Shown here: positions 26,330-37,287 of the stretch, piece by piece
How positions within the stretch are numbered: the first letter of the stretch is position 1
How the letters are laid out: each line of letters starts with the position of its first letter
Assembly (NCBI GenBank): GCA_950097015.1
Contig: CATNEN010000029.1
Location: 7,812,001 to 7,876,000, forward strand
Direction: 5' to 3'
DNA from: Macrostomum hystrix
Taxonomy: Eukaryota; Animalia; Platyhelminthes
Length of the DNA stretch: 64,000 nucleotides
Translations under genes and position numbers: made by a program
Notes under the pieces: model-generated
Database searches by the model: none
What the model was told of the DNA's origin: nothing
The model's input: only the letters and a program-made list of their open reading frames with translations

Positions 26330-27680
26330 AGGCAGGTGCTTGAGCCTTATCCATCAGCAAGATAGTCTATGTTCGCTATGTTTCTCTTAGGCACTGGCAA
26401 CACCAACTGGCAATCTTGCACGACCCGAGATTCCGCCGGTGTCACAGCTCTATTTGTAGTCCCCCAGCACGCTCACATGGTCACAGATAAGAGAAGCGGG
26501 AGAATTTGTGCTGTCCAGCAAGAAAACAGTCACCAAGCGAGGCAGACACTCCAAGCCTAAGTGAGACTGTAGCACAAATATTAAGCACTGGTATTTTCTG
26601 CTACAAGCTCACAAGCACACAAATACAAGAGAGCGCGAGGGAAGCAACCCGGTCTTATTGAAAATGCCAACAGAATGCCACGAGGCTGTGTAGGAGCCAA
26701 TTATTTTCTGTTGCCCAAACGGACTAGAGAAAGAGTTGAGAGAGAAAGTGAAGCGCTGAGCAGAGGGAAGAGACAATCAAAGGTTTTGAGTGTACGCCCC
26801 TCACTGCAGGTATTGCTGACTAGCTCGCATTCCTACACATGCAGTGCGCCAATCAAAGCTCAGGCCCTTCAAACTCGCCCAAGCCCTACTCCAGTTGACA
26901 CTATTACTTTCACCTAAATAAATGCAGTTTGGCAGACAGTGGGTCCTGTGGTGACGATGCAGGTTGCAGTCAGGTTTTAGTAGACCCGAGTGTGGGTGGT
27001 CCATGTTATTCGCTAGTTTTTTATAGTTGCTGAAGTTCCGATGCTGAAGGGATTTCCAGAGCCATTGGTTATCAATAGGATAGAGATTGAGGTAAGTTCC
27101 TTCGTGACCGTCTTTAGACTTATTGCGCTATAGTGCAAATAACAGAGATTCTACAATATAAGAGGATACTAAGAAATCTGTATTCAAGAGTGGGTTATTG
27201 AGTGCCATTAAAATAATATTTCACAAGTACTACTTACAACACACTAATTGAGTAGCAAGTAATACATTATTATTATTTTTTTTCTACTTTCGAAGTGTCG
27301 AAGTTTGGTCGGCAAATCGTACCTGGTCGAGCTGGGCGCAGCGGTTCTCGGCGGACGCCGCCCTGTGCTGCGCCCGCTCCCTTTCCATGTTGGCTTCTGC
27401 GATCTCGGCGTCAGCGGCGCGCAGGGCCTCCGCCTTCTCGGCCTCCAGCCGCTGCGCCAGCTTGTCGACAGTCTCTAGTTCGCCGCTGAGCCTCTGATTG
27501 GCCAAGGTCGAGGTCGATCTCGGCGCGGCGCTCAACACCCAGCCGGTGCTGCAGGGCGGCCAGGCTGTGCTCGAGCTCTCGATTGCGTCGAGTCAGGGCG
27601 TCGATCTGGCCAATCAGACGGTCCGGACTGGGACATCGGGCTGCGGCTTCGGCGGCCGCTTCCACTGCTGCTGCGCTCAT
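13420..27680 (-). CDS. CEP135: CEP135/Bld10 (TSGA10 family) centriolar coiled-coil protein, about 1000 aa; one frameshift near 27505; 5' end uncertain
   Basis: Phase-consistent GT-AG exons: ~27680-27323, 25127-24977, 19542-19223, 16731-16207, 15997-15362, 15291-14971, 14569-13992 and a putative last exon 13606-13420. A possible extra 63-nt upstream exon lies at 28107-28045. Translations resemble recalled CEP135 segments: [103 protein letters not shown]. Confidence 0.88.
16834..17095 (+). mobile_element. SINE family A (tRNA-derived, CORE-like)
   Basis: A-box TAGCCTAGGGG, B-box GTTCGATTC, and core TGTGTCCTT..GCACTTAAC..CAGCTGTTAAATGGGTACC. The tail is shared with the 61255 copy. Confidence 0.8.
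17860..19142. repeat. 16-bp pyrimidine-rich minisatellite, ~78 copies (CTGTCTCATCTCTCCC) in a CEP135 intron
   Basis: Direct inspection; it explains the spurious SHLSPVSSLPCLISP ORFs. Confidence 0.97.
20430..20707 (-). mobile_element. SINE family B (tRNA-derived, ~300 bp)
   Basis: The reverse complement reads GGGCGCAAGTGGCAGAGCGGG (A-box)..GCGTTTGCCTTTCGCACTAAGGTCCCCTGAGCTCGATTTCGCGGCG. Confidence 0.72.
21667..22440. mobile_element. Composite non-autonomous element with 11-bp terminal inverted repeats enclosing a 29-bp array, a 16-bp array and a ~120-bp unique arm
   Basis: GAAATCAGTCT (21667-21677) and AGACTGATTTC (22430-22440), followed by a T-run. The unique arm and 16-mer recur inverted from 17745. 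Confidence 0.5.
21723..22205. repeat. 29-bp minisatellite, ~16 copies (GACCACGCTATTTCCTCCC[A/C]CTGGGGAAA)
   Basis: Direct inspection; each unit has an internal imperfect hairpin TTTCC..GGGGAAA. Confidence 0.96.
23004..23132. repeat. 12-bp tandem repeat (CTGTTCCACTGC), ~11 copies
   Basis: Direct inspection. Confidence 0.96.
24195..24515 (+). mobile_element. SINE family B
   Basis: GCGTTTGCCTCTCGCACCAAGGTCCCTGAGCTCGATTCCGCGGCGAGG..CAGCCGCGGAGAGAAGGC..GGGTCTAGTGTCACCAAATGATGT; collinear with the 25575 copy. Confidence 0.8.
25575..25880 (+). mobile_element. SINE family B
   Basis: Collinear with 24195-24515. Confidence 0.8.
26281..26329. repeat. (CTG/CAG)n trinucleotide microsatellite, ~16 units
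   Basis: Direct inspection. Confidence 0.95.
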
Positions 27681-28659
27681 CTGGAGTTGCGGCTTCTCTG
27701 CTGCGGGTGGGTGCAAAGCCGGAAAATTTGCGGCGTTTTCTAAGAAATTCCTGAAAAAACTCATCTCTGAAGCTTTGAAAAAAAGCCGTCAGAATAGGCA
27801 TTTCGGAACATTAAGTAGAAGGAAACTACTTTTTGTAAAAGAGATTAATTTTTTATATCTAGATTGAGTGTTAAATTTTATATTTTTGTAACCTCAAACT
27901 TACCTGATGTTTTTAAATTTCACCGCTGTGATAAATATTGTGTGCTTTACTTGTAGTTATTTAGCCTATAGTTATAGCTCGGCTGATGGCTCTTCTAGTC
28001 CTCTGTGTCTGTTTCTCGCTCAACCTTTCTGGTTTCTCGCTTACCTCGCGTACTCGACAGGTCTCCAAAGCCTTCTCTGTTTTTCTTAATTTCCTTCTAT
28101 CAAGTTTCTGTGAAAGCTGATGTTAGTTGGACTGTGAGGGTGGATTCTGGTTGAGTGAGACAGCCAAGTGTACACTGCATGGGGTCACATACTGAGAAGG
28201 GGGCTACTAACGGTCGGCTTGGCACACTGGATGCATTTTGCCAGCAGAAGACATTTGCATTTTGCTCGTCCAAACTCAACTGCACACGGGTCTCCATTGA
28301 CGAGGAGTGAGAGAGGGAGAGGTAGGCGGCGCTATTTGGCAGGTAAATCAGACCGCATTCTCTTCTCATTAGTTTGTTTTCGGGTGCTGGCTAGAAGGCC
28401 TCGGTGTGTGCCATTTGATTCTCGGTCGCTAAGCTTTGATTAGAGAGAAGATGCTGCTGCCGCTGCTGCTGCTGCTGAGAAACTATTTTCTGACCCGGTG
28501 AATGTCGAGGCCTGTAATTGAAAATATTTCATTTACTCATCTTATAAATCTTTCTTCTATCGCTCATTCAATCCAATGTGATGTTTTGTTTGCACTCGTT
28601 TAATAACGAACTTCACTTAAATTCAGAACAGAATTTTAGCATGACGAACTCAGGTATCA

Positions 28660-28884
28660 TTTATAATAAAGGTGTCTAAAAAAGGGTAACACTGTGCGCT
28701 CACTGTGAGTGAGCAGTTATGCCTATAGCCCAGTAATTTAACAGGTCCACAGTAAGCCAAACGTTTGTGGGTGAAACTTACTTATGTTTACTGTGGACCT
28801 GTTAAATTACTGGGCTATAGGCCTAACTGCTCACTCACAGTGAGCGCACAGTGTTACCCTTTTTTAGGACACCGTTATTATAAA
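28660..28884. mobile_element. MITE-like hairpin element with ~95-bp near-perfect inverted arms
   Basis: The arm starting TTTATAATAAAGGTGTCTAAAAAAGGGTAACACTGTGCGCTCACTGTGAGTGAGCAG..CCACAGTAA is mirrored by ~28789-28884 with few mismatches. The spacer is about 33 bp and TA-type flanks are present. Confidence 0.8.
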
Positions 28885-29977
28885 TTCTTCAGTTCCGACT
28901 TAGACATTCTGGGAATTGAAGTGAGTCAAATTTTTTATTGCTCTCATAGTTATTAATAAATTTCATACGAAATCAAAGTAAACCAACAGGAAGTACAAAA
29001 TTTGTAAACGTGAAAGCTACTACTCATCGGTAGTATGGCCAAAAGCTTAAGCTCACGTTGCTTATAATATAGTCGGACCTTCTATTGTTCAGAAGCAATT
29101 TGTGCGATATTGAGCAGTTAAAAACATTTGAAAAACAATACTAATAGTTTCCTATCACACATGATACCTACCTCCGCCTTAAGCCCAAAGCCTGAAGTAG
29201 TGACCATCAAAATCAGGTGATCGGCAACTCGTGCAACTCGTGGATGACAGGCTGTGGACTCAAGTATTTAACGAGAGGTAGCCATTCAATCACCTTCACT
29301 TGAGATCGACTTTCAATGAAACGCTCTCCTCTATGGGAGTGGATGACATTGTGTTGTCTGGGCCAGCCAACATGCAAGACATGACAGGCGCCGCTTCAAA
29401 ACTTTACAGCATGGGCCCCACCCACGCCAGAGTCTGCAAAATCTCTAAAGTCATTTATCTCTGCCCAATTTATGATATCTCTCTCTCTGCTTTCCTCTCT
29501 TCTATCTCCATCTTCATGTCGCATAGGGAGGATCACTATTGAAGTAGTTGGTATTAATTATGCAACTCACGTAACAAACCTGCTATAAACTGTACGAAAA
29601 GATACGTCATCGATACACTGCGCAATAAAAATGAATAATAAATCGGCCTTCCAAGCCACGATATAAAAATATTTAACTCAGCTTGACCTGCGCTAGTCTG
29701 AGCTAGTGAGGATGAACGCTATATAAGGGTGTATCTTAGCAAGTATACGATTTCGCAGTGAAGAGACACACCCCCGCAGCGGAAAGCGATTGGCTGTTTC
29801 CAATGACAACGAGCATTTATTGTCAAGGTGATGTGCGTTTTAGCGTGAGGGAAGCTCCGCTATTAAACTGTTTCGACTAGAACTTTGAGCGAGAACAGCC
29901 ATTTGGTTTCAGAGCACTTGCAACGTGACATCTGACTTTACGTTGTCAGAGATTGAACTGGACTAATAAGGCAAAGC

Positions 29978-32900
29978 ATGGCAACAAGAAACCAGGTGCA
30001 GCTTAACTTAATAAAGCAGCAGCAGCAACAGCCAGAAAGGTCCCCGCTTGCATTGAAGGTCAGTTAACCTTTTTAGATTAGACTTCCAAAACTATTGAAG
30101 GCCAGAGGTAAATAGACGATGATTCATAGTTTAAGAGGGTTGCGTTCAAGATCGGAGAATTGTTAAATAACTAATCAAACGGGTCGTTAATTTGACTGCT
30201 CTTCAAGCGTTTGTTCACAAATAACAACCCGCAGCAGCAGCCAAAGGCACCAACAGGGCGCCTACCGGAAAAGTCGAGCGGAATCAGCGAGTCTACCGAC
30301 AGCGGTCCCAGCTCGTTAACTTCCTCTAAAAAGGACCAAGAGTCGCTTCCACCGCTGGTGAAGAAGATTCAGCGCACTCCAAAAAGCCAGAAAGCACAGC
30401 AGCAGCAGCAGCAGCAGCAGCGGCAGCAGCAGAATCTGCACCTGCCGCAAATTCCGGCATCTCAACGAGTCACAGGGCTGACTGACTTTGAGAACGACAA
30501 CTCAAACAGCGTGCGGTCAAGTCCAGAAAGAGTTGGCCAGCTCTTGAAACAGCCCAGAACGCCCGCCGTTTCCATCCAGCATTATCTTTACCTGCTAGAG
30601 GCAAGTTTGGATTTCTTGAAAGTTCTAAATAAAATTTCTTTGGAATTTTCCTGCTGTTTTTATAGACTATTACCATAACCTGAAGTCGCGTCTTGTACAT
30701 ACTATTTGACTCCACAGAGTCTAAATGAAGAATGGAGACGAGTGGAGACTAGTGCTCGCAAAAAATTCGACTTCTTGCTGGCGAACGTTATCGGCTGCCA
30801 CTCTGAGTTTGTAGGGCCTTTCGGACTGCGAAGGCGTAAGTGAGCTGGAGGAATGTGACGAATGTGACGAATCCTTTCTAGACTTATCAAAACGATACTT
30901 TAAGCTTGAAAAAAGCTCTAGAATTTAAGATTGTGATAATGTTGGCATCCTTTGGACTTGTGAATAGCAGAAAACGAACACTTTGTATGCAAACTGATAA
31001 ATAGCCCTTTGGTTTGTCCAATGGTTTAGCATATCAGAATAAATTTTCACGCAAAGAACTAAGACTTAAACTCATTGATTTAATTTCAGTTCTATACTTC
31101 GACTTCGTGGCCTCTGGTAGGTAAGTAAAATTTGGATTAGCCTCATGTTCGCAATAACAAAGTAATGCAGTGCATTTGCACCAAATTCAATGACGGTGAT
31201 TCTGTAATTTCAGAAGCCTGCGTTGCATCGAGGACTTCATTCAGCGCTCGGTGCTGCCACTGTACGGAAACACGCACAGCAGCGGCTCACTGGTCGCTCT
31301 GCAGAGCAATGCCTACAGAGAGGAGGCCAGGCGCTTCATCAAAAAGTGTGTCAACGCTGGCGCCGAGGATGCGTTGATCTTCACGGGCAGTGGCGCCACT
31401 GGGGCGGTGCAGACCCTCACCGGCGTCTTGGAGCTTCAGGAGCGCCGTCGGCGTGGCGAGAAAGTGGCCGTTGTGCACGGACCATTCGAGCACCACTCGA
31501 ATTTGCTGCCCTGGCGCGAACTGGCTGATGTCTGCATCCGAACACCGTTGGACGCTGAAGGCGGGGTAGACATAGCGGCACTGGAGGAGACGCTGCAGCA
31601 GCTACAGGCGGGCGACAAGCAGCAGCTGCTGATCGGAGCCTTCTCGGCTGCCAGCAATGTCACCGGGACCGTGACGGACACGGTCACTGTCACCAACCTG
31701 CTTCACTCACACGGGGCCATCGCTGTGTGGGACTACGCCTGTGCGGGACCATACGTGGCGGTGGACATGAACCCCCAAGGTGCCACGGCTGGCTTCGACG
31801 CCCTGCTATTGTCGCCGCATAAATTCATCGGAGGACCCGGCACTCCGGGCATCTTAGTTGCCAAGCGAAGCCTGTTCGCCAATCGGGTGCCGCACCGGCC
31901 CGGAGGAGGCACGGTGGAATTCGTTACGCGAGATGCCCACCAGTACGAGACTGAGGCCGAGACGCGCGAGGAGGGCGGCACGCCTGCGATCGTAGACTGC
32001 ATCCGCTGCGGCTTGGTGTTCCGCGTGAAGCGATCCGTTGGGGACGTTGTCATCGAGGACCGAGAGGCCGAGCTGCTGCGCTGGGCCTGGCGGTTGCTGC
32101 CCAATATGGAGGCCGTGCTGCTGCTGGGCAACCGGCGACAGCCCCGACTGCCAATCTTTTCATTCCTGGTGGCGAACCGCGAGACTGGGCTCTTCTTACA
32201 CCACAACTTTATCGCCATCCTGCTCAACGACCTCTACGGAGTGCAGAGTCGGGCCGGCTGCGCCTGCGCCGGGCCTTACGCCGCGGTGAGGATGTACTTT
32301 TAATGGACTGGCTGGATAGCTGGAGGAAATCCACCCTTCGTGGATTTATATATAAGTACACCTTCCACCTGAAAAAAAATAGCCTATTTTTTCGAACTGT
32401 TGGTACAAGACTCGAGCAAGCGAATACAATGCTAGTACTCGTAATTTGTTTCCTTGTTTCCTATTTAATTTCCAAGGACTTACTGGAGTTTGATCATCGT
32501 ACCTTGAAGCGGTATCCCTACCTAACCGACGGCAGCAACAGGTATTGGATGAATTTTGTGATTGCAGACAAAATTTCTATGACTTTTCGTTGATCAGGTT
32601 GCTTGACTTTTTTCAATTACCCGCAGGCTGAAGTACTGCATCGACAATTATCCAAAGATGAAGGAGATGTCGCCAGAGCAGGAAGTGTAGGAACACTGTT
32701 CGGCATTCTATAGTAGTCATTGAACTGAAAATTTTATTTCAAATTTCAAAGCATCGAGTTAAACACAATTACTACTTTGATTGTAGATCATCTACTTTTG
32801 AGGAGCTTGAAGTTTTTAAGTGAGCTCGCTTTGTACCTGTACTGTGTCACACAAATACACAGTGTTTTGTTTATGACTAAGAAACCACCAAACACCGAAA

Positions 32901-34667
32901 CTCATTTTGATTAGGCCCGGCTTTGTGCGCATCAACCTGCCGTACTTTTACACTGACGAGATGGTCGCATTTCTGTTTCACGCTATCGACATGGTCAGCC
33001 GGCACGGCTGGAAGCTGCTGCCGGAGGTGAGTCCCAAAAACCAACGATTGGGGCTTCTCATTGAGAGCCTTTTATCTGATCAACTCATCAAAACTCGCTC
33101 GCACAACACGTTTTCAGTACACGTGCAACCCGCTCACCGGTGCCTGGCGTCACACCGGCTACACCTGCTCCATAGCCGGCCTGAAGGATTTCCGTTTGGA
33201 GCCACAAGCCAGCGCTTCCGAAAAACCCCTAGGCCAGCATGTCAGCCTAGAGGTAAAAATTCCGTCCGAATTCAACATGCTTTTAAGTCTACTTATGCAC
33301 AAATTTAGTTAGTAGTGTCATAAGCATTCAGTGAAATTCACCTACATTACTTAAATCACTCCCCATAGGAAATTGCAGCATCCGCCGCCAAGGCGTTCCA
33401 ATCTGCCGAGAGTCGTCTCAGAAGGGTGAGACTTGCAACCTGTGGCACAGCGGCAGTTATTGCAGGGCGTATCTAAAGGCTGTGTACAACTGCTCAGTCA
33501 TTGGACTGGGGAGACGCCATCAGCACTAGGCTTCAATATCCTCCTCAACAGGACTGCGACCTCCCCAACTAGACTGCATCCTCCGTAACTAGACTACTAG
33601 CTTCCCAACTAAACTGCAGTCTCCCCAACTAGACTGCAACCTCCTTAACTAGACTGCAACCTCCCCAACTAGACTGCAACCTCCTTAACTAGACTGCAAC
33701 CTCCCCAACTAGACTGCAACCTCCTTAACTAGACTGCAACCTCCCCAACTAGACTGCATCCTCCGTAACTAGACTACTAGCTTCCCAACTAGACTGCAGT
33801 CTCCCCAACTAGACTGCAACCTCCTTAACTAGACTGCAACCTCCCCAACTAGACTGCAACCTCCTTAACTAGACTGCAACCTCCCCAACTAGACTGCAAC
33901 CTCCTTAACTAGACTGCAACCTCCCCAACTAGACTGCAACCTCCTTAACTAGACTGCAATCTCCCCAACTAGACTGCAACCTCCTTAACTAGACTGCAAC
34001 CTCCCCAACTAGACTGCAACCTCCTTAACTAGACTGCAACCTCCCCAACTAGACTGCAACCTCCTTAACTAGACTGCAACCTCCCCAACTAGACTGCAAC
34101 CTCCTTAACTAGACTGCAATCTCCCCAACTAGACTGCAACCTCCTTAACTAGACTGCAACCTCCCCAACTAGACTGCAACCTCCTTAACTAGACTGCAAT
34201 CTCCCCAACTAGACTGCAACCTCCTTAACTAGACTGCAACCTCCCCAACTAGACTGCAACCTCCTTAACTAGACTGCAACCTCCCCAACTAGACTGCAAC
34301 CTCCCCAACTAGACGACAACCTCCCCAACTAGACTGCAACCTCCTTAACTAGACTGCAACCTCCCCAACTAGACTGCAACCTCCCCAACTAGACGACAAC
34401 CTCCCTAACTTGGCTACAAGCTTCACAACTGGACTGCAACCTCCCCTATGGAAGCGTAACTCTAAACATGCATACTCACCATGAGATTTGCAGTCAAGGT
34501 CCCACTGAACTCAATCAACGAACCCGCAGCGGATCCGTCAAGGCGGAGGCAAAACAGCCAACCCTCTGGCCGAAAGCGGCCTGGGGCAGCTGGAATCCCG
34601 GCTTAGGTGGTTCGCTCTGCCGCACGAGGCTGCTGACTATCTGCTTGCCCGCGGAGAAACTAACTAG
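29978..34667 (+). CDS. Aminotransferase class V / cysteine desulfurase-like PLP enzyme with low-complexity Q-rich N-terminal extension (~744 aa, 11 exons)
   Basis: Exons 29978-30058, 30208-30600, 30718-30835, 31090-31120, 31214-32285, 32477-32541, 32787-32819, 32915-33026, 33118-33252, 33369-33425, 34530-34667, totalling 2235 nt in frame. Motifs: YFDFVASGR, VLPLYGNTH, FTGSGATGA, GPFEHHSN, FSAASNVTG, WDYACAGPY, SPHKFIGGPG (PLP lysine), EEGGTP, SRAGCACAGPY (catalytic Cys region), KPGFVRINL, LRWFALP. Confidence 0.9.
33550..34445. repeat. 20-bp minisatellite with alternating variants, i.e. a 40-bp dimer (AACTAGACTGCAACCTCCCC / AACTAGACTGCAACCTCCTT), in the last intron of the desulfurase-like gene
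   Basis: Direct inspection. Confidence 0.96.
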
Positions 34668-36539
34668 ACACGCGTACAGATGATTGGGCTCTTTTGTGTG
34701 CTTCTATAATGCTTTTTCGATATTTCCGAATTAATTTTCGCTAGCAGATTTAAATCTAATGACGTCGTCGTGAATAAATTTCTAAAACATTCCTTCGAAG
34801 GATCTTCAAGAAATCCTCAAACATTCTGCGAAGTTACCAGAGTATAATCTAATGATTTCTACGAGTGTAACTGAATACTGTTTTACTTTCTACTAGTAAT
34901 TTTCAAGTTACGCGCTTTAAACTTTGCTTTTTACTAGACATTTCTACTCGAAATTTGAGTCGCCGGTTGAAATAATAAAATGTCTCGCATCACCTTGCCT
35001 GAACTCAAGTTTCTTTCCCAACACTTTTTTATTGATTTCTAAGAGTAAAAAGACTTTAATTAAAACAACTATTTATAAAGCTACAACAGCTTTATTTTTG
35101 CTCGTACTTTGAAGTTTGAGTTTCAAGTTTTCTTACTGGAATCGAGAAAAAATGCTTGCTGCTAAACAGTAGGACTACCAAGCCATTTTGCCACCCGTTT
35201 TTATACCACGGAGTTCCTCTCTGAATTTTTTTTGCAGCGCGTGAATGCTAAAAGCGTTAGGTGGTGACTGATTGGTTGACGGACTAGGCGATGGTGTCCT
35301 GTAGTTGAGCTGCGCCTTATATTTAGGCTGGATCTGTGAAATAGGAGAATTTCGCATCAGGGTGTCCATGATGTCCTATTTCCACCTGTTGTAGCCCTTG
35401 AAGGTCCAGCAGTCCGTCTAGATAAATGTAGGTGACCACTGAAGACGGAGATGATGCAGGCACATTCGGGTGACATGCTGATTTTGAAAATTTTGAAGGC
35501 AAGGCAAGGCCGCCCTGAGGCGCAGTGCTAATTCGTGTATAGGGTATGAAATCTATAAGTAGAACAGAGAAGGTAGGAAAATTCCAACCATCGGCTAGAA
35601 CCATTGAATATCTCGACGGTCTGAAGAGATTGATTATTGTTTCAGAAGATACGCAAAAAAGTTGGCCCGTGTTCTTGAGTTTCGCATGCTTGCGTTGCTC
35701 CGTTCGGGTGCAGCACAAAAATTTGTAATGGGGGGAGAGAAATTGCACAAACAGTTTAAACAGTTCTACTGTTTAACCCCCCTTGGTAGTGTTAATTCTA
35801 CTGTTAATTCTCTAAAGTATGAAAGAAGCCTTTTGTGTATTAAAGTCAAGAAAGCATGACCAACAAGCGATTTGCATATAGGACGCTTTCAAATTTCAAC
35901 ATAATGGACTTTGTTATACCGATTCGAATGCAGCGAACAAGTACTCGTACTTCTGAACATTTGAAGTAAAGTGGGAATTTCTTATTGACATAAGTGGGCT
36001 TTTTGAGATAAGTGTTTTGGGGTAATTGCTGCTTGAATAAGACTCATCTACAAGCCATAGTTATAGAACTCCTTGTGTTTGTGCTATATTAATATAAAGA
36101 TTTTATTTCTTTCCGTCCAACACCACGCACACACAGATGCGTGTAGCTAATAATATAAATTTGTGCTCCAACACTCTTCTAACAATGCTCTTTCTTACCT
36201 GATATAGAGAAGGACACTCGTACTTTTAAGTGGCTAATACTGTCAAAGTGTTGCAGGCATACTTGCGTAGCACAACTCTGGGGTCAGACAGCTTTGCTGC
36301 TGTCTGGTTGCTTGGGATCTTGAAGGTCGAACAGAAGAGTTCATTTATCTGAATTCGTCAGAGGGGCTGAGCTGGTTGGCGCAGCAAGCTGACGACCATC
36401 ATCAACGACTTGCCGTCGACAAAGTAGCGACTCCAGATGGCCTCAGTATTATTGAAAGCGGGGAACTCTACTGCATAAAAATAACTATTTCAGGAGCAAT
36501 GGGCAATGGCTCATCACTTGTTGACAGTTGATACACAGC

Positions 36540-36800
36540 CAGCGAGGAGGTAATTCTGCCCATTTCGCTGACTCAGATACACATATACCGTACGCAGGCA
36601 CACGCTCACACAAGTGTGTACATCTGCCCTGACCTAACTTATGCAGTGTACACTCTCACTGTACCTGGCCCCCGTTGGCGTAAATTGCAGGACAAGGCCG
36701 CAAGCCTTGTCTTTGCGACTGCATCGCAAAAAAAGTGTAGCCTCACCGCGGAATCGAGCTCAGGGAGCTTGGTGTGAAAGGCAAGCCTCGCTTTAGCAGA
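36540..36800 (-). mobile_element. SINE family B
   Basis: The reverse complement contains CCCTGAGCTCGATTCCGCGGTGAGG and AGTGAGAGTGTACACTGC. Confidence 0.72.
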
Positions 36801-37287
36801 TGGGTTTCACGGCAATCCTGTTCGTGATAATTCAGTAACTTCGCATTTGGGGAGATTAAGTAATTGGATATGATATATTTACCGCATTCATTTCCACCCT
36901 AGACCAATATGTAATCCACAGTTCCCATTCTGTTTTTGTCACATGGTGAATTTATTTTTTGGAAAACAAATGGCAAAGCAGAAATTAGTTTGTTAGAATA
37001 TACCTAAAAAGTGTTGCTGGCCAGCGATTCGCAGTATCACAACTATTGATTGGAGCGACCCTGCTATTGGGCCGCAGATAAGGTCGCGCGAGTCCCACAC
37101 ATGTGTTCGAATTCCCCTATAGTAGGCCTGAGGGTCTCGACACGTGAGAGAGAGAGAGAGACCAAGAATAAGCACAGAAGCTTGAGTTGCGCCGGAGTAG
37201 AGCTGTGTCGAAAAATAAGTGTTTGTCCTGATACACTGACTCCTTCAAGAGGAAAATAGTACACAAAGAGACCCGTTCAGTCAGGCA

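Noticed and set aside
26154-26360. PolyA/polyQ ORF as an extra CEP135 exon
   Set aside because: No donor and acceptor pair preserves phase 0-0; treated as an intronic microsatellite.
28690-28830. Translation LGYR...LTV..C.P resembling the CEP135 N-terminus
   Set aside because: It lies in the palindromic MITE, appears on both strands, and has no usable splice sites or start; judged a coincidence.
35323-35748. 141-aa minus-strand ORF with YLDGLLDL, faintly SKP1-like
   Set aside because: The match is a few residues only, it starts at a non-ATG codon, and no supporting exon structure was found.
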